DNA of 64,000 nt from Gracilinanus agilis (GCF_016433145.1 NC_058133.1:189307201-189371200), one strand, 5' to 3'; shown: positions 25,480 to 38,034, counted from the first letter of the stretch. Numbers and translations are program-made. The notes: generated by a model not told the origin, from the sequence alone.

Positions 25480-26700
25480 GGCCTGTGTGGGCGGAAATGG
25501 AAGGCACCTGTCAGGTGGCAGCCCTTGATCTAGGCCAACAGGAAACTAGCCTCCCCCGTTCACCGAGATCACGGCCCCTTCTTCACCTGCCTGACCCCGG
25601 CCTTACAAGACCAAGACTGGGCGCCCCCTGGCGGCAGGGCCTTGGATATGCGGGAAGAGCGGCGCCCCGACCCCAGAGTGCTCAGAAGGCAGCGCAGCCC
25701 ACGTGAGCCACCGCCTGGGAAGTGCTTTAACGGCAGTTACTAGCCACAGGTGTGTGTGTGTGTGTGTGTATTCGTGCAGCCGTATCACCAGTTATGTATT
25801 ACACCGACCAGCGGTTCCGAAGATACTTCCGGAGAGAGGCAAATGCCTACTCTCACCCGGGAAGATGGGGGGAAAAAAGGGCGCCACGCTCTACGGTGGC
25901 TGGGAAGGACTCCTCTCCTAAAATCTTCTGCTGGAACGGCCCTCCAGTCACGTGGGCCAATCACCGGGCTCAGTCTCTTCTGGAAGGCTCCCGGAAGGAG
26001 GTTGGTGGCGGCTGTTTGACTGTGGCGGCGGGAGCGGAATGAGTAAAAGCCGCGTCGAGCTGGCTGCAGGTGAGGTTTGGGGCGGAGTGGGTTCGAGAGA
26101 CAGTCGGAGGCTGGCCGGCCTTGGCCTCGAAATGACTCCTGCCTCTTTCCCCGTAGCCCCTGGGGTTGTCCTGAGTTACTTGCAGGAACAGAACCGGCCC
26201 TACAGCGCCCAGGATGTGTTCGGGAACCTGCAGCGGGATCATGGGCTCGGCAAGGCGGTGAGACGCCCCCGGAGAGCCTTTCCCTCGAGCGGCTTTAGGC
26301 AGCCCAGCTTCGGGGGCTTCCAGACTCCCAAATGACGGCCGACTGTGCCCATCCATCTTAAACAACCAGCCTTAGGGTGAAGCGGCCACTGGTCGGGGCG
26401 CCCCCTTCCTCACTCCCCACACCCCCTCGGGATGAGTCTCCCAATCTCTGTCCCCGCCCCGAACCCTTCTCGGCAGGGTCCTCTCAGCCCGGGGCCGGCT
26501 CCTCCCAACCCCCTAATTGTCTCTGCCAGGCTGTGGTGAAGGCTCTGGAGCAGCTGGCACAGCAGGGCAAAATTAAGGAGAAGGTGTACGGCAAGCAGAA
26601 AATCTATTTTGCAGACCAGGTGAGAGGAACTTCCCGGAGCTCCGAGTCCTAGGCCTGATGTGCTGGGCCACCCGCTCCTTGTAGCAAGGCTCTTCCGGGG
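25480..26700 (+). promoter_or_regulatory. PSMC3IP CpG-island promoter
   Basis: CpG-rich; CACGTG at 25700-25705, GTCACGTG at 25947-25954, CCAAT at 25957-25961, GGCGGGA at 26027-26033. Confidence 0.7.
25750..25769. repeat. (GT)n microsatellite upstream of PSMC3IP
   Basis: About 10 GT units. Confidence 0.9.
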
Positions 26701-29700
26701 GCAAACGTAATCTCTCCTGTGGAAAAGCCCTCAGGCTTTTGTTATTAATCAGATACTCCTCATCGCTTCCTTTGTGCCATCTGGCCTAGGCTTCGGCTAA
26801 AAAAAATAATAAATTCTTCCTCTGACCATTAATACAGTGGCTTCTTAGATGGTTTCCCTTCCACTGATGTTTTTCTCTATTCTGTCTTACAAACACTGCC
26901 ACCAAGACAAATCTTCTGAAACATATCTTTAAATGTGATCTCATAATTTCTTCCCAAAAGCTAGTGGCTCATCTTCTGTCCCTCTTCAAGCCTGCATAAT
27001 GTTTTTCTTGTTCTATCTTGACTTTTTTTTTTTTTGCTATTTCCAATCAGAAATTATATTGCAGTTAATTCCTGAAGATTTCTATACCTTTGCTTTTATT
27101 ATTCATCCACTCTAAAATGCACCTCTCTGTTTTGTCTATCCAAATCCCAGCTTAGGTGCTGTCTCTTCCAAAAAATCTTCTTTCACGACTTCAGTCTACA
27201 GTGATCTCTCATAACAGAATTCTCAAAGAATCGTCATACATACTTTGTGGCATATTGATGGGCAATTTTTTCTTTTAAATATGGTTTTATTTGTTCTGTT
27301 AAATATTTCTGAATTTCATGTTTGTTTGTTTTTTTTATCCTGGGACTCCATTCTAGGAGCATAGGGCCACAACCAGTAGGCAATGGGACACACAGTCGCT
27401 CAGGGTCACCCAGCTAGGATGTGTCTGAGCCCGGACTTAAACCTAGGACCTTTCGTCTCTAGGCCTGGCTCTCAATCCACTGAGCTAGCCCAGCTGCCCC
27501 TACTTTAGGTTGCAGTTTCTTTAGCAGATGTAGTTTTTACAGGGTGGGGTTGCTAGCCCCACGCCCAACCCTCCTCCTTTTTTCATCCGGACTAGGGACC
27601 GTCCTTGGCCCAGGAGTGGTAAGGGTGAATTTCATGTAAAAGACATTATTTTAACATTTTTAAAAATTGTGAGGTTCAAGTTTTTCTTTCCCATTCCTTC
27701 CCCCTCAAGGCAAGTAATTTGATATCAATTATACTTGTGAAGTCATGTAAGACATATTTCTGTATTAGCCATGTTGCAGAAGAAAATGTCAAAGAATTCA
27801 AAAGTAAAAAACATGCATTCAGAGTTCAATAGTTCTCTCTGGAGGCAGATAACGTTTTTCTTCATGAATCCTTTGGAACTAACTTGGATCATTGTCTTGA
27901 TCAGAGTCTTGTTTCTCATCCTTGCAACATCGATGTTGCGTTGTATGATGTTCTCCTGGTTCTGCTCAATTGACAATTGTGCCTGGAGACAAGAATACCC
28001 AAGTTGAAATCCAACTTCAGACCCTTACTAGCTTACTGAGACCCTGGTCAAATCACTTAACTGCTATCTGCCTCAGTTTCCTCATCTGCAAAGAGGAGAT
28101 AATAGCACCTACCTTACAGGGTTGTTAGGATCAAATGAGATAATATTTCTAAAGTGCCTGGTATAGAGTAGATACTATTAAAACGTTAGCTATTATTAAT
28201 TACTGTTTGTTTTGGAACTCAAACAACAAAATATGATTATGCTTACTTTTTTCTCCTGACAAAACTAAGCTTCTTGAAAATAGGCAAGATGTCTTAGCAT
28301 TTATTTTTTATTCTTTTTTTTAATACCCTTACCTTCCGTCTTGGAGTCAATACTGTATTGGCTCCATGGCAGAAGAGTGGTAAGGGCTAGGCAATGGGGG
28401 TTAAGTGACTTGCCCAGGGTCACACAGCTGGGAAGTGTCTGAGGCCAGATTTGAACCTAGGACCTCCTATCTCTAGGCCTGGCTCTCAATCCACTGAGCT
28501 ACCCAGCTGCCCCATCTTAGCATTTTAAAAATATTCAACAAGTATTTAAGATAGATAGTATTCATAAAATACTTGCTGACTTGAATGAGCTGTTGAAGAC
28601 CTTTGTAATTCACCATTCTCCTTATGTTTTAATTCCACCTTTCCTCTGTAGCAGAGATGACAAACAGAAGTGCTTTCTGGATCATATATCATTAAAATGT
28701 AATTGGGGGAATAGCTATGACGACTGTCGGCAACCTTTTTGGCTGTGAGAGCCATAAATGCCTTTGGAAGGAGGATGGAGGTAGAAGGCACTGGAATATG
28801 GGGCGGGGCTGAAAGGCCACCTGGGGCACATCCTGGGGCTCTTCTCGGATTGTCCAGTTGGGGTTTGGGAGGTGGAGCCAGATATGGCTCGAGGGCCATA
28901 CATTGCAGACCCCTGAGCTATGAGGATCAGTGGATAGAGTGCCAGGTCTAGAGACAGAATTGGTCTTGGATTCAAATGTGGCCTCAGATACTTCCTAGCT
29001 ATATGACCCCTAGACAGGTCACATACCCCTATTTAGCCCTGCCCTTCTGCTTTAGAACCAACACATAGTATTGATTCTAAGTCAGTAGGTAAGAGGTTTT
29101 TTTTTTTTTAAATTTTATTTTAAAACCCTTACCTTCTGCCTTAGAATCAATGTTTCTAAAGAAGAAGAGTGCTGAGGGCTAGGCAATGAGGGTTAAGTGA
29201 CTTGCCCAGGGTTACACAGCTAGGAAGTGTCTGAGGCCAGATTTGAACCTAACATCTCCTATCTCTAGGCCTGGCTCTCTATCCATTGAGCCCCACTCAG
29301 CTATCCCAATAGGTTGGGGTTTTTTTGTTTTTTTTTTAATGTAATTAGGAATAACAAAAAAAGGGATACAATATAACATGATGTTAATATGTGGTTTTCT
29401 AAGAGAATATGAGAATTGCAGGGAACTTTATGCATCGTAGACCCCCACAAAATTATAATTTGGGGAATAGGACAGAATAGGTTTTATACCTATCCTCACA
29501 TAGTATGAGTTCTTTGCCTTGAGTACTGCCCAAGGTTGGTCACTTTCTTGTTTCCTTGTCTCTGGCAGGATGCATTTGATACTCTGAGTGACACAGATCT
29601 CAAAGGCCTTGATGATGAAATTCTGTCTCTCACTTCCAAAGTCCAAAGTGTTCAGCAGAGCTGCCGTCAAATGGAAGTTGGTAAGCCAGATAGCCAGAGA

Positions 29701-32700
29701 AAGGGCCAACTCCAAGCTTATCCAATAGTTGGGAAATTGTTAAAATTCTGAGTTAGTTAATTACATTGTTCAGTCGTTATTAAAATGTTTAACCCAAAGG
29801 TGGCACAATTGCAACTTCTTTAAAAGAAACCATTGATTTAGTCTTAAAAAAACGTTTTTTAACCCGTGCCTTCTGTTGAATAATTAATACTATATCAGTT
29901 CCAAGGCAGAAGTCTAAGAGAGGAGTTAAGTGATGAATTGTCCAAGGAAATACATCAATTAGTCTTAATCATCCAGGTATTTTCCCCCCACGTTCTAAGC
30001 TGGAAAACTCTTACCTCCTGCACTGCTTTGATACAGTTGCTACTTTTCAAGGTCAATATTCTTTCTCTGCTACCTTTACCCAAACTCTCATCCTTATCCA
30101 CAAATGCTTATCCACAGATCATTTTCTTGATTATTAACAGAATCCAATTCATCCTAGGTATCTTCATCATATTCTTTCCCATCCAAACTTTTCTTTCTCC
30201 AAAAGACATGGGCCCTTGACCACCCTCTCTAGTGCTAGTTCTTCCTCTGGTGCTTTTCAATATATTGGCCCAGGAGGAGTTGTCCTATTCCTTGCTCCCC
30301 ACCCTCATTTATAGACCCTCCTTCTGATGCCATCAGTAATTTTTTTGAACTTTATCCATCTTCATCTCTTTGACCTGATCCTTGTTGCCATGAACTGGCC
30401 TTATTAATACTTTCTCTTTAACCTACCACTGTTTATGCATTACCTGCCAGTCCTTAACTCTTGGTCAGTCCCACCCACCATCCTTATTCTTTATTTACTA
30501 CTGTGCTCCCAAGTGAAGGGGGTCATGGAATCCTACTGGATATGACTACTAAAGATTAATGTTTCTAATCTCAACTGAGCTCTCAGTGCTACACGGCAAA
30601 CCTTTTATTTTTTCTCAGTTGACTCTACCCTACTCTTCTCAAAGGCTGACCCAAACCTTTTTCCCTCAATCTCCTTAAGCTTCCCTTCCCTACTTATCTT
30701 TAACTTTGGCCTCTGAGGAAGATTTGAGGCCTTTCTAGCTTAAGTTCATGCCCTCTACTTGTGCCCAAGATGTGTTCCATTCTTGGGATTCCCAGGCTTC
30801 CTTTAAAACTTTATTCAACTTCCTATAGGAAAGCTTTGTTAGTGCTATATCCATGTGTATTCACTGATTCATATATGTTATCCCAATTATATTATTAACT
30901 ACTTGAAGTCAGAACTATTCATGCTTTTTCCTTGTATGCTCAGTGTTTAACACAGTATTTTCTACACTGCTTAACCAATTCTAATTGATTAATTGATCCC
31001 CTTCCCTAGTACCTTCTTTTAGTGATCAGTTCTGTCCTATCTCATTGTACTAATTATTTCCTTGTTGCCTATGTAGTTTTTCAGGTCTCACTCATCCTAA
31101 AAATGCTGTGATTCAGCCACCCCTAAATTATTATATTACTGCCAAGTTAATAGAAGGAAGAACTACTGATTGCCTATTTCCTCAATGCCCATTTCCCACT
31201 TAACCCCTTATAATCAGATTTTCACCTGTAACATTCTTCTGAAACTGCTCTTCCAGGGTTACCAGTAATCTCTTAACTGCTGAATCCAATGGCTTTTACA
31301 TAGTCCTCATCTACTTCCATTGACAATCTCTTCTTTCCAAATATATCTTCTCTTGGCTTCTGTAACACAACTTTCTCCAAGTTTCCCTCCTATTACTAGT
31401 CCTTTTTAGTCTTCTTTTCCCATTTTTCATTTATTCCTTAAACTGTGGGTGTCACTTGAATGTCTGTCTTGCCCCTTCTTAACTCTACTGCTCGGTGATC
31501 TATATTATCAGCTTTCATGGAATTGTGTATGATATGCAGATGACTCCCAAGTCTATATATCCAGCCCTAATCTGCAAATAAAACTCAACGTATTCAAGAT
31601 GGGAATAAATCATCTTTCTCATAAAACCTGTTCTTCCTCTGAATCTCCCCATTTTTAATTTTATTTATTTTTTTAGGCTCTCACCTTCCATCTTAGAATC
31701 AATACTGTGTATTGGTTCCAAGGCAGAAGAGTGGTAAGGGCTAGGCAATGGGGGATAAGTCACTTGTCCAGGGTCACACAGCTGGGAAGTGTCTTGAGGC
31801 CAGATTTGAACCCAGGACCTCCTGTCTGGGCCTGGTTCTCAATCCACTGAGCCACCCCCCCCCCTTCATTTTTAAGGCCACTGCCATCTTTCTGGTCCCA
31901 CAAGTTTGTAATTTGTCATCCTTCTTTTTTCTTCACTTCTCATGTGCACTCATTTGCCAAGTTGATTTTACCTCCATAACAACTCTTGCATCCCTTTCTA
32001 CTCATAAGGACACTCCCCTATCACCTCCCACCTGGACTGTAGCCTCTTAATGGGACTCTATCTTGTCTTCTCTAATCCATCCTCCATGCAGCTGCCAAAA
32101 TAATCTTCCTAAGGATAGGAAAGCCAGTGAGGTTTAGCCAGTTCATGCCTTTGTTCAAAAAACCTTCACTTCCTCTGATGAAAAACAAGGCTTTCCACAA
32201 TTTGGTTTCAATTTGTCTTTCCAACACTATCTCATTATGATAATTTCTCTATAATCTGGACTACAACAGTCTCTAAATTTGACATTTGATCTTTTTCTTT
32301 CCTGAAATGCATTTTCTTCTAATCTCCACATCTCCAAATAGCAATCTTCCTCCAAAGCAGCTCAGGTACCATGTCTATGGTAACTCCCAATTGTTTTCTT
32401 CTTTGATTAACCTTAGTTTAATTTCTGTAAAAGTTGTCCTTCCCCAGAAGTAAAGAGCATAGGTTCTTTGGGTGCTGTCTCATTTATTTTTCTAGTGTCT
32501 TCTAGGACTATCCCCAGGCATTTAGAACAAACTGGAAAATAAGGTGAAGTAGGATTTTAGAACTGTTAGGGGAAAAAAGGGGGGACTTTATTTCTGTAGT
32601 CTTTTCTTTCACACCTTCTTTGGTGACCTCACCTTTCTATGCATGATTCTCCAATCTCCCTCTTTTTAGTTCTCCTATCTAAGAGAGCTGCCAGGTTCAT

Positions 32701-33361
32701 TGAGAATTTAGGTCCCTCAGGAATAATTGCTAAAGTTAGTCTGGCTTTCTTTCAGAGCTAAAAGAACTGACTAGCTCCCTGACTACACCAGAAATGTGTA
32801 AGGAAATTGAAGAGTTAAAAAAAGAATGTGCCAGTTACACAGAGAGGCTGAGTAAAATCAAAGCAGCTACCAACCATGTGACTCCAGAAGAAAAAGAAAA
32901 GGTAAAGAGGATAGGGAGGGTAATTGGGCCTTACCAGACGCCTGACCCGACCTGGGTGGAGGATTCCTTGGGAGTTAGAAGAATCCTTTTGGTTCCTGCT
33001 TAGGTGTATCAGGAGAGGCAGAAGTACCACAGAGAGTGGAGGAAGCGGAAGAGGATGGTAGGTGTCAGTGCATCAGCCTGGGGCTCCAGCTCTTTGGAAA
33101 TGGGCCGGACCAAACATCTTATGGTTGACCCTCTGTCATTCTTGTTAGGCAACTGAACTGTTTGATGCAATCCTGGAAGGTTACCCCAAGAGTAAGAAGC
33201 AATTTTTTGTAAGTGTCACCTCCCAGGCTCCCTCCCCTTTGTTTTCAGACCAAGTCTCCACTGGAAGTAGTAGATCTTGGTTGACTACTCTCCTTGCTCT
33301 ACAGGAAGAAGTTGGAATAGAAACAGATGAAGATAACAACATCGCCTTTCCAGATCCCTGA
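26039..33361 (+). CDS. PSMC3IP: PSMC3 interacting protein / HOP2 (meiotic recombination), 216 aa, 8 exons
   Basis: Exons 26039-26069, 26157-26257, 26530-26619, 29569-29680, 32756-32901, 33004-33057, 33149-33208, 33305-33361; GT-AG, total 651 nt. Motifs YLQEQNRPYSAQDVFGNLQ, KVYGKQKIYFADQ, EWRKRKRMATEL, EEVGIETDED. Confidence 0.97.
27260..27990 (-). mobile_element. L1 3'UTR fragment interrupted by a composite retroposon
   Basis: CAGTTCT...CTCTGGAGG...GGATCA...TTGT...TCCTGGTTCTG signature shared with 39100-39270. Confidence 0.65.
27322..27625 (-). mobile_element. Composite RTE-like/SINE1 retroposon with 12-bp TSD
   Basis: TSD TGAATTTCATGT at 27310-27321 and 27626-27637; internal SINE head ending ~27500; RTE-like segment GGGGTTGCTAGCCCCACGCCCAACCC; A/(AAAC) tail. 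Confidence 0.75.
27995..28200 (+). mobile_element. MIR
   Basis: GCCTCAGTTTCCTCATCTG...GATAATAGCACCTACC...GGGTTGTT...AAATGAGATAAT core. Confidence 0.8.
28303..28513 (-). mobile_element. SINE1_Mdo-type SINE with 11-bp TSD
   Basis: TSD TCTTAGCATTT at 28292-28302 and 28515-28525. Confidence 0.92.
28915..29097 (+). mobile_element. SINE1-type SINE (left member of a tail-to-tail inverted pair)
   Basis: TCAGTGGATAGAG...TTCAAATGTGGCCTCAGATACTTCCTAGCT...TTAGAACCAA...GTATTGATTCTAAG. Confidence 0.8.
29098..29307 (-). mobile_element. SINE1-type SINE (right member of the inverted pair)
   Basis: AAACCCTTACCTTCTGCCTTAGAATCAAT...GGTTAAGTGACTTGCCCAGGG...TCTAGGCCTGGCTCTC. Confidence 0.85.
30000..32400 (+). 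mobile_element. Long decayed L2 in PSMC3IP intron 4, split by a SINE
   Basis: CT-rich L2 signatures (CTGAAACTGCTCTT, GCAGATGACTCCCA...TATATCCAGCCC, CTAATCCATCCTCCA...GCTGCCAAAATAATCTTCCTAA). Confidence 0.6.
31652..31862 (-). mobile_element. SINE1_Mdo-type SINE
   Basis: Near full-length antisense copy. Confidence 0.88.
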
Positions 33362-34299
33362 GGTACCTCTCCATGTAACATTGGAGAGGCAGAGGAGCTT
33401 CCCAGACTCATGTTATTGGTGTTGTTTTGGCACTTCCAAGAGTCCTTTTGGCTAGAGGTGGAAAGGGACTAGACCAAGGAGTCATCAGTTTAGTGGGTTT
33501 GACTTAATTCGGAACAAATTTGGACTTAAGCACTTAGTAAAATTTATTGTGATTACAATTTGATATAAAAATATTTAATTTCCATTGGATGGTAGAATCT
33601 TCCATATTTAAGCCTGGGGGAAAAAAAAGTATGATTCTCCATCTGAGATAGCAGTTTCTCCACTTTCCCCTGGCTCATTTTTGATAGAAATCTTGATGGC
33701 AAGTAAAAAGTGGACAGAAGAATGGAGATGATCCTTAATCAACTTTGTATGAGAAGAGGACAAGTGGACTGAAGTGCCACGAACCTGGCTGACTTAAAAA
33801 ACTTTAATAAAATTTTAAGCTTAAAAAAATTACATTGAAATAAATGTCATATGGTTTCTGATCACAGTGGCAAACTCTCTAGAGATAAAACCCCTATATA
33901 ACGTGCTAAAAATTTTATTGGTGCCATAATGCAGCCCAGCACAACTGGAGATGTGTCCATGACACTCTTTGGCTACATAAATACTATTTCTTCTGCCTTC
34001 TCTAGATTTCTGCCAAAAGCATAGTCTCATTATTACCTCTCCCCCAAGGCATATCACAGTGGCAACTAGTAGCTTCCAAATAAATACTTGTCATGAGTTT
34101 AAATTGGAAGTTTAGGAAGATGTCAGAAGTGATTTCTAAGGGACAAATCCAATAGCCCCTAGAACTCCCACAGGTTTGAGATGGGTTTGCTGTCCAAAAT
34201 TCAGCAAAGCAAATATTCTGTTTGAGACATCCGAGCCAGCATCATCCAGCCAGCCCTCTGGTTCCACACTTCCAGTAGTGTTGGCTGAAAGGTAAGCAG

Positions 34300-37200
34300 T
34301 CAGTACAGCTGGTTTTTCAGTTGGTGCAGCACCCCAGTAACAATCTCTTGGAGGGTCTAGAGAATGGAAGAGAGAAAAAGAGGTATGAGCCAAGACCAAG
34401 CCTCAAGCATCTTCTCCACACTCAAAAGTAGTAGTCTGCCTTTCTCAGAAAGAGGGGGCAGGACTTGGAGGCTATTACAGATAAGGGCAAAAAGGGACTA
34501 GCAAAGTACTTGACATGTAGGTGCTTAATATCTATAAATTGGTTTAAACTGTAACCAAAAACCAAGTTAGGCTACAGGGAAAAAAGTAAGTGAATAGAAG
34601 AGTAATTGAATGGGCAAGTCACTTAAACTTTTCACTATCCCCAACCAACTCTAAGTGACAAAGCAGGTGCCACTCTACATTGCTCCAGGAATTTCCTATA
34701 CTGGTACAATCACATTTTTGGTCAAAGAAAAAGACATTGTCAACCTACTGCCATCTATAATGTGTACCTCAGACCACCCTGCCTGCCTGAAGGAGCTTCA
34801 GCTCAGTGAATGGGTGCTGCCAACTGATCTGCTCCCACCCCACCCTGCAGCAGGCTCAGCCAGCACACCTGGGGTTTACAGTGCTCTTCAATCCAGCTGA
34901 AGACACAAGCTGACAGCTCCTGGAAACTGGCCACAGAAATGGAGGCATTGAAGGACTGAAATAAAGAGTCCATAATGCCTTGGAACACATTGAACTTGAC
35001 CTGGTCAGAGACCTGGTCCTCCCCTTCATGAGGGTTATCCTGGTGTGCCTTCACAATCTGCTCATAGTTCCTGAAACCAAGAAAAGATGATGGCATTTAT
35101 CTCGTTATCTACACACACCACCCCCAGGCTCCTGCCAGCCTTTAAAGCCAGAGCTACGACTACTGATACCAAATAACCAAGAGGCTGTGAGAAAAAAAGA
35201 CATTGCCACCATGGGTTCCCAATGGTGTGACGGCATATACGGTTGTCTAGATGCATCTGCTTTTAGCTAGCTGCTGGGCCTGGTTGCAGAAAGTAGTTAT
35301 GATTATTCCTACTCTTATTCCAAACTTAAACTAGCAAAACACCCCATATATGTTTACATATATTTAAGTGAATAGGAAGGTGCAAGTATAGTAGGTGTCA
35401 AAAGAGGCTGTGCTACCCTCAGCTCTGCCTGAGGGTTGTTTGATGGCCAGTCATCAATTCCCATCTGGACCCATTTCCCCCTTTTGTAAATCACTGACAT
35501 CCCTTCTAGGGCTACATTGTGTCTTTCAAAACCCAAGCCTCTACTCCGCAGGACTCTAATCTAATAGAATTTGAAACTATTGAAGGATGGAAACAAGCCA
35601 AATACCTCCTACAAACATCTCATTTAAACCTCACAACCACCCTGGGAGATAAGTGCTATTAGTATCCCCCACATGTTAACAGCTGAAACTGGCAGAGGTG
35701 AAATGATTTGTCCAGGGACACAAAGCTAACGTGTCTGAGGCTTAATTTGAATTTGGGTCTTCATTGACTCCAGGCCCACTTTACCACTTAGGTGCCTTGA
35801 ATGACTAACACTTGCTTAAACACCAGAATATTGGTCCAAATCTGCCCCTAAGGGCTTTGTCCAGCCCCAACTCTGCCTTTTTTCCACTTACACTTTCATG
35901 ATTTTCAGAGCCATAACATCCTTTCGTAGAGTAGATACTTCCTCCTCCTGTTTCTTTTTCTCTTTATGCAAGAACTGGATATAATCAATGGCTGGAAAGA
36001 GAGCAATACAGTTATAGGATAACAAAGAGTGGCTCAACCAAAAGCATCAGCTCTTCACTTTGAATTCCTTGCCCTCTTTCTAGCTTATATCCCAGGTATC
36101 CATTCCCCGAGTCCCACCCCTTCAGTCCCATACTCTTCTGCAGAACAATGGCCTTGCTGAGTTTCTGGGAGCCAATGGAGAAATCTTGCTGCTGACAGGT
36201 GGGGACAATGGCTTGAAGATCATCATAGCCTCTCTGGAGGGAAAAAGAAGAGGATCATATTAGGACCTAAGTTAAACTGATAACAGGAAGGCTATCACAG
36301 GAGACATACATAGCCCAGAGTGAGTCTAGGCTAACCTGGAAAGCTATATAAGAGCTGCTGAGAGTATGCTTGCCATTTGCAGTATATAAAATGTCACCTG
36401 TCAGGAACCTCAACTCTGGATTTGAGAAGGCCATGGCTGAGGCCAAAGGGATCAGGGTTCCCTCTCACCTTGATGGCATCTCTCCTCTTCTGTTCTGCTT
36501 GTGTGTGTGCCCGGCGCCTCCTGTCCTTATATGACTCCTTGTAGGGTTCTTGCTGATAATCACTGTCCTCATCATCTGTAGAGTCAGAAATGGGCAAGGT
36601 GTCATCATTTGGGTGAAACAAAGAAGTAAGACAAACCTTAGCCTCAAAAGGGAGAGCCTTGAGTTCTCCTGGAGGAGAGAGAATTTTTGGATTCCCAAAT
36701 TAGGCTTTGGGTTCCCTCAGGATTCATCTGTTAATCAGAAAATCAGTTCTGGGAATTGTCTTAAAACCCCAGATTTCTGGAAACAATGGAGTCTTTGTAT
36801 GGAAAGAGTCCAAGATGATTATGGGGGTGAGGATGAGCAAGATTGCTGCTTACCTGTGTTGGGAACCGAGGAAGCACTGGTAGAGCCGATGCTGTTGGCT
36901 CTGGACACTACACTGCCCTTTCGGTTACTTTCTACAAAGAGCCCTGGAAGAGAGAGATCCGAGAATAAAATCATGGCCTCAGGTCCTCCTACACTAGCTA
37001 GCCATCGAGGTTGGCCTCCACACCTCATGATTCTTTCCCTCCACAGAAAGAGTTCTGGGCTAGTCACTCATTGCCTTCCAAAACCTTAGGGCTCCCTCCC
37101 CCTGACGAAGTAGGAATGAGAGGGCCCCGTTTCTTCCCTCCCCCAGAACATCCTCCCTCTATCCTCCCCATAAGACACCGGGAGACCACAGCACACCCTG

Positions 37201-37659
37201 CCCCAACCCTGACACCCCGAGGCGGGGAGGCGGAGATCACGTCATCCGGACCGGGGCCACTCACCCGGGTCCAGGCTGTTGTCACTGTAGGAGGTATACT
37301 CCACCTGCGGAGGGGTAGGGAGGCCACTCAAGCTCCAGACCACCCAGAGCCGACTGCGGGCCCAACCCTCTTCCCAGGCCCTCCCGGTCCTCCCTCCCCC
37401 CCGCGCCGCAGACACTCACACACGGTCTGCTCTCTCGGCTCCCCACTTGGGCACGCGGGGGGACGGGGCTGTCTCCGCAGCCCGCAGCCCCGAGCCCCTG
37501 AGGGCGAAGCAAGGAGAACTGGGGGGAACTGGGAGAAACCCCAACTCTCCCGCTCCCCCTGCGTGCACGTGCCCGACCCGCCCTCCCCTTGTCGGCGTGC
37601 GCGCCCACGGGGCTTGCCTTGACCCAGGGGTCCTCCGGAGAGGCCCCCCGCTCCGTCAT
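34300..37659 (-). CDS. MLX: MAX-like bHLH-Zip protein X, beta form 245 aa, 8 exons
   Basis: Exons (minus) 37659-37618, 37304-37265, 36943-36854, 36575-36469, 36233-36134, 35991-35892, 35070-34869, 34356-34300; total 738 nt. Intron 1 is GC-AG, the rest GT-AG. Basic region RRRAHTQAEQKRRDAIK; C-terminus VLHQLKNQLY. The 90-nt exon 3 is frame-symmetric (alpha-type skipping possible). Confidence 0.96.
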
Positions 37660-38034
37660 AGTCAGACCGACCGAACCGGAAACGCCGGGTGCACCCCCCC
37701 CCAGGGGCGGGGCACGAGCTCACATGGCCCGTGACTCACCAATCCCGAAGTGGGAAAGGTAAGCACGCTGCGCTTGCGCAAGTGAGAATGGTAAAATGGG
37801 TAAGGATTTTTTCGTGTTAGGCTAGAATTCAAATTCCAGTTTGGAAGGATAACAATGTTTTCCATCCCATCTTAGGGCATTCAACTCCTCTAAGTGAAGA
37901 TTTTCTGAGGATAAAGTAGTAGTTCGCATTTTTAAAGGTGTAGGGGGGGGAAAAGAGTCCCTACTGCGGTCATTCGCTCATGCGCTTACATACAGAACGT
38001 AAACGAGAAAACCTTCTTTCCTGGCCTCTCAGGA

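Noticed and set aside
36550-37622. Long plus-strand ORFs (179 aa and 203 aa) opposite MLX
   Set aside because: Antisense shadows of coding exons and GC-rich CpG-island sequence, with no recognisable domain.
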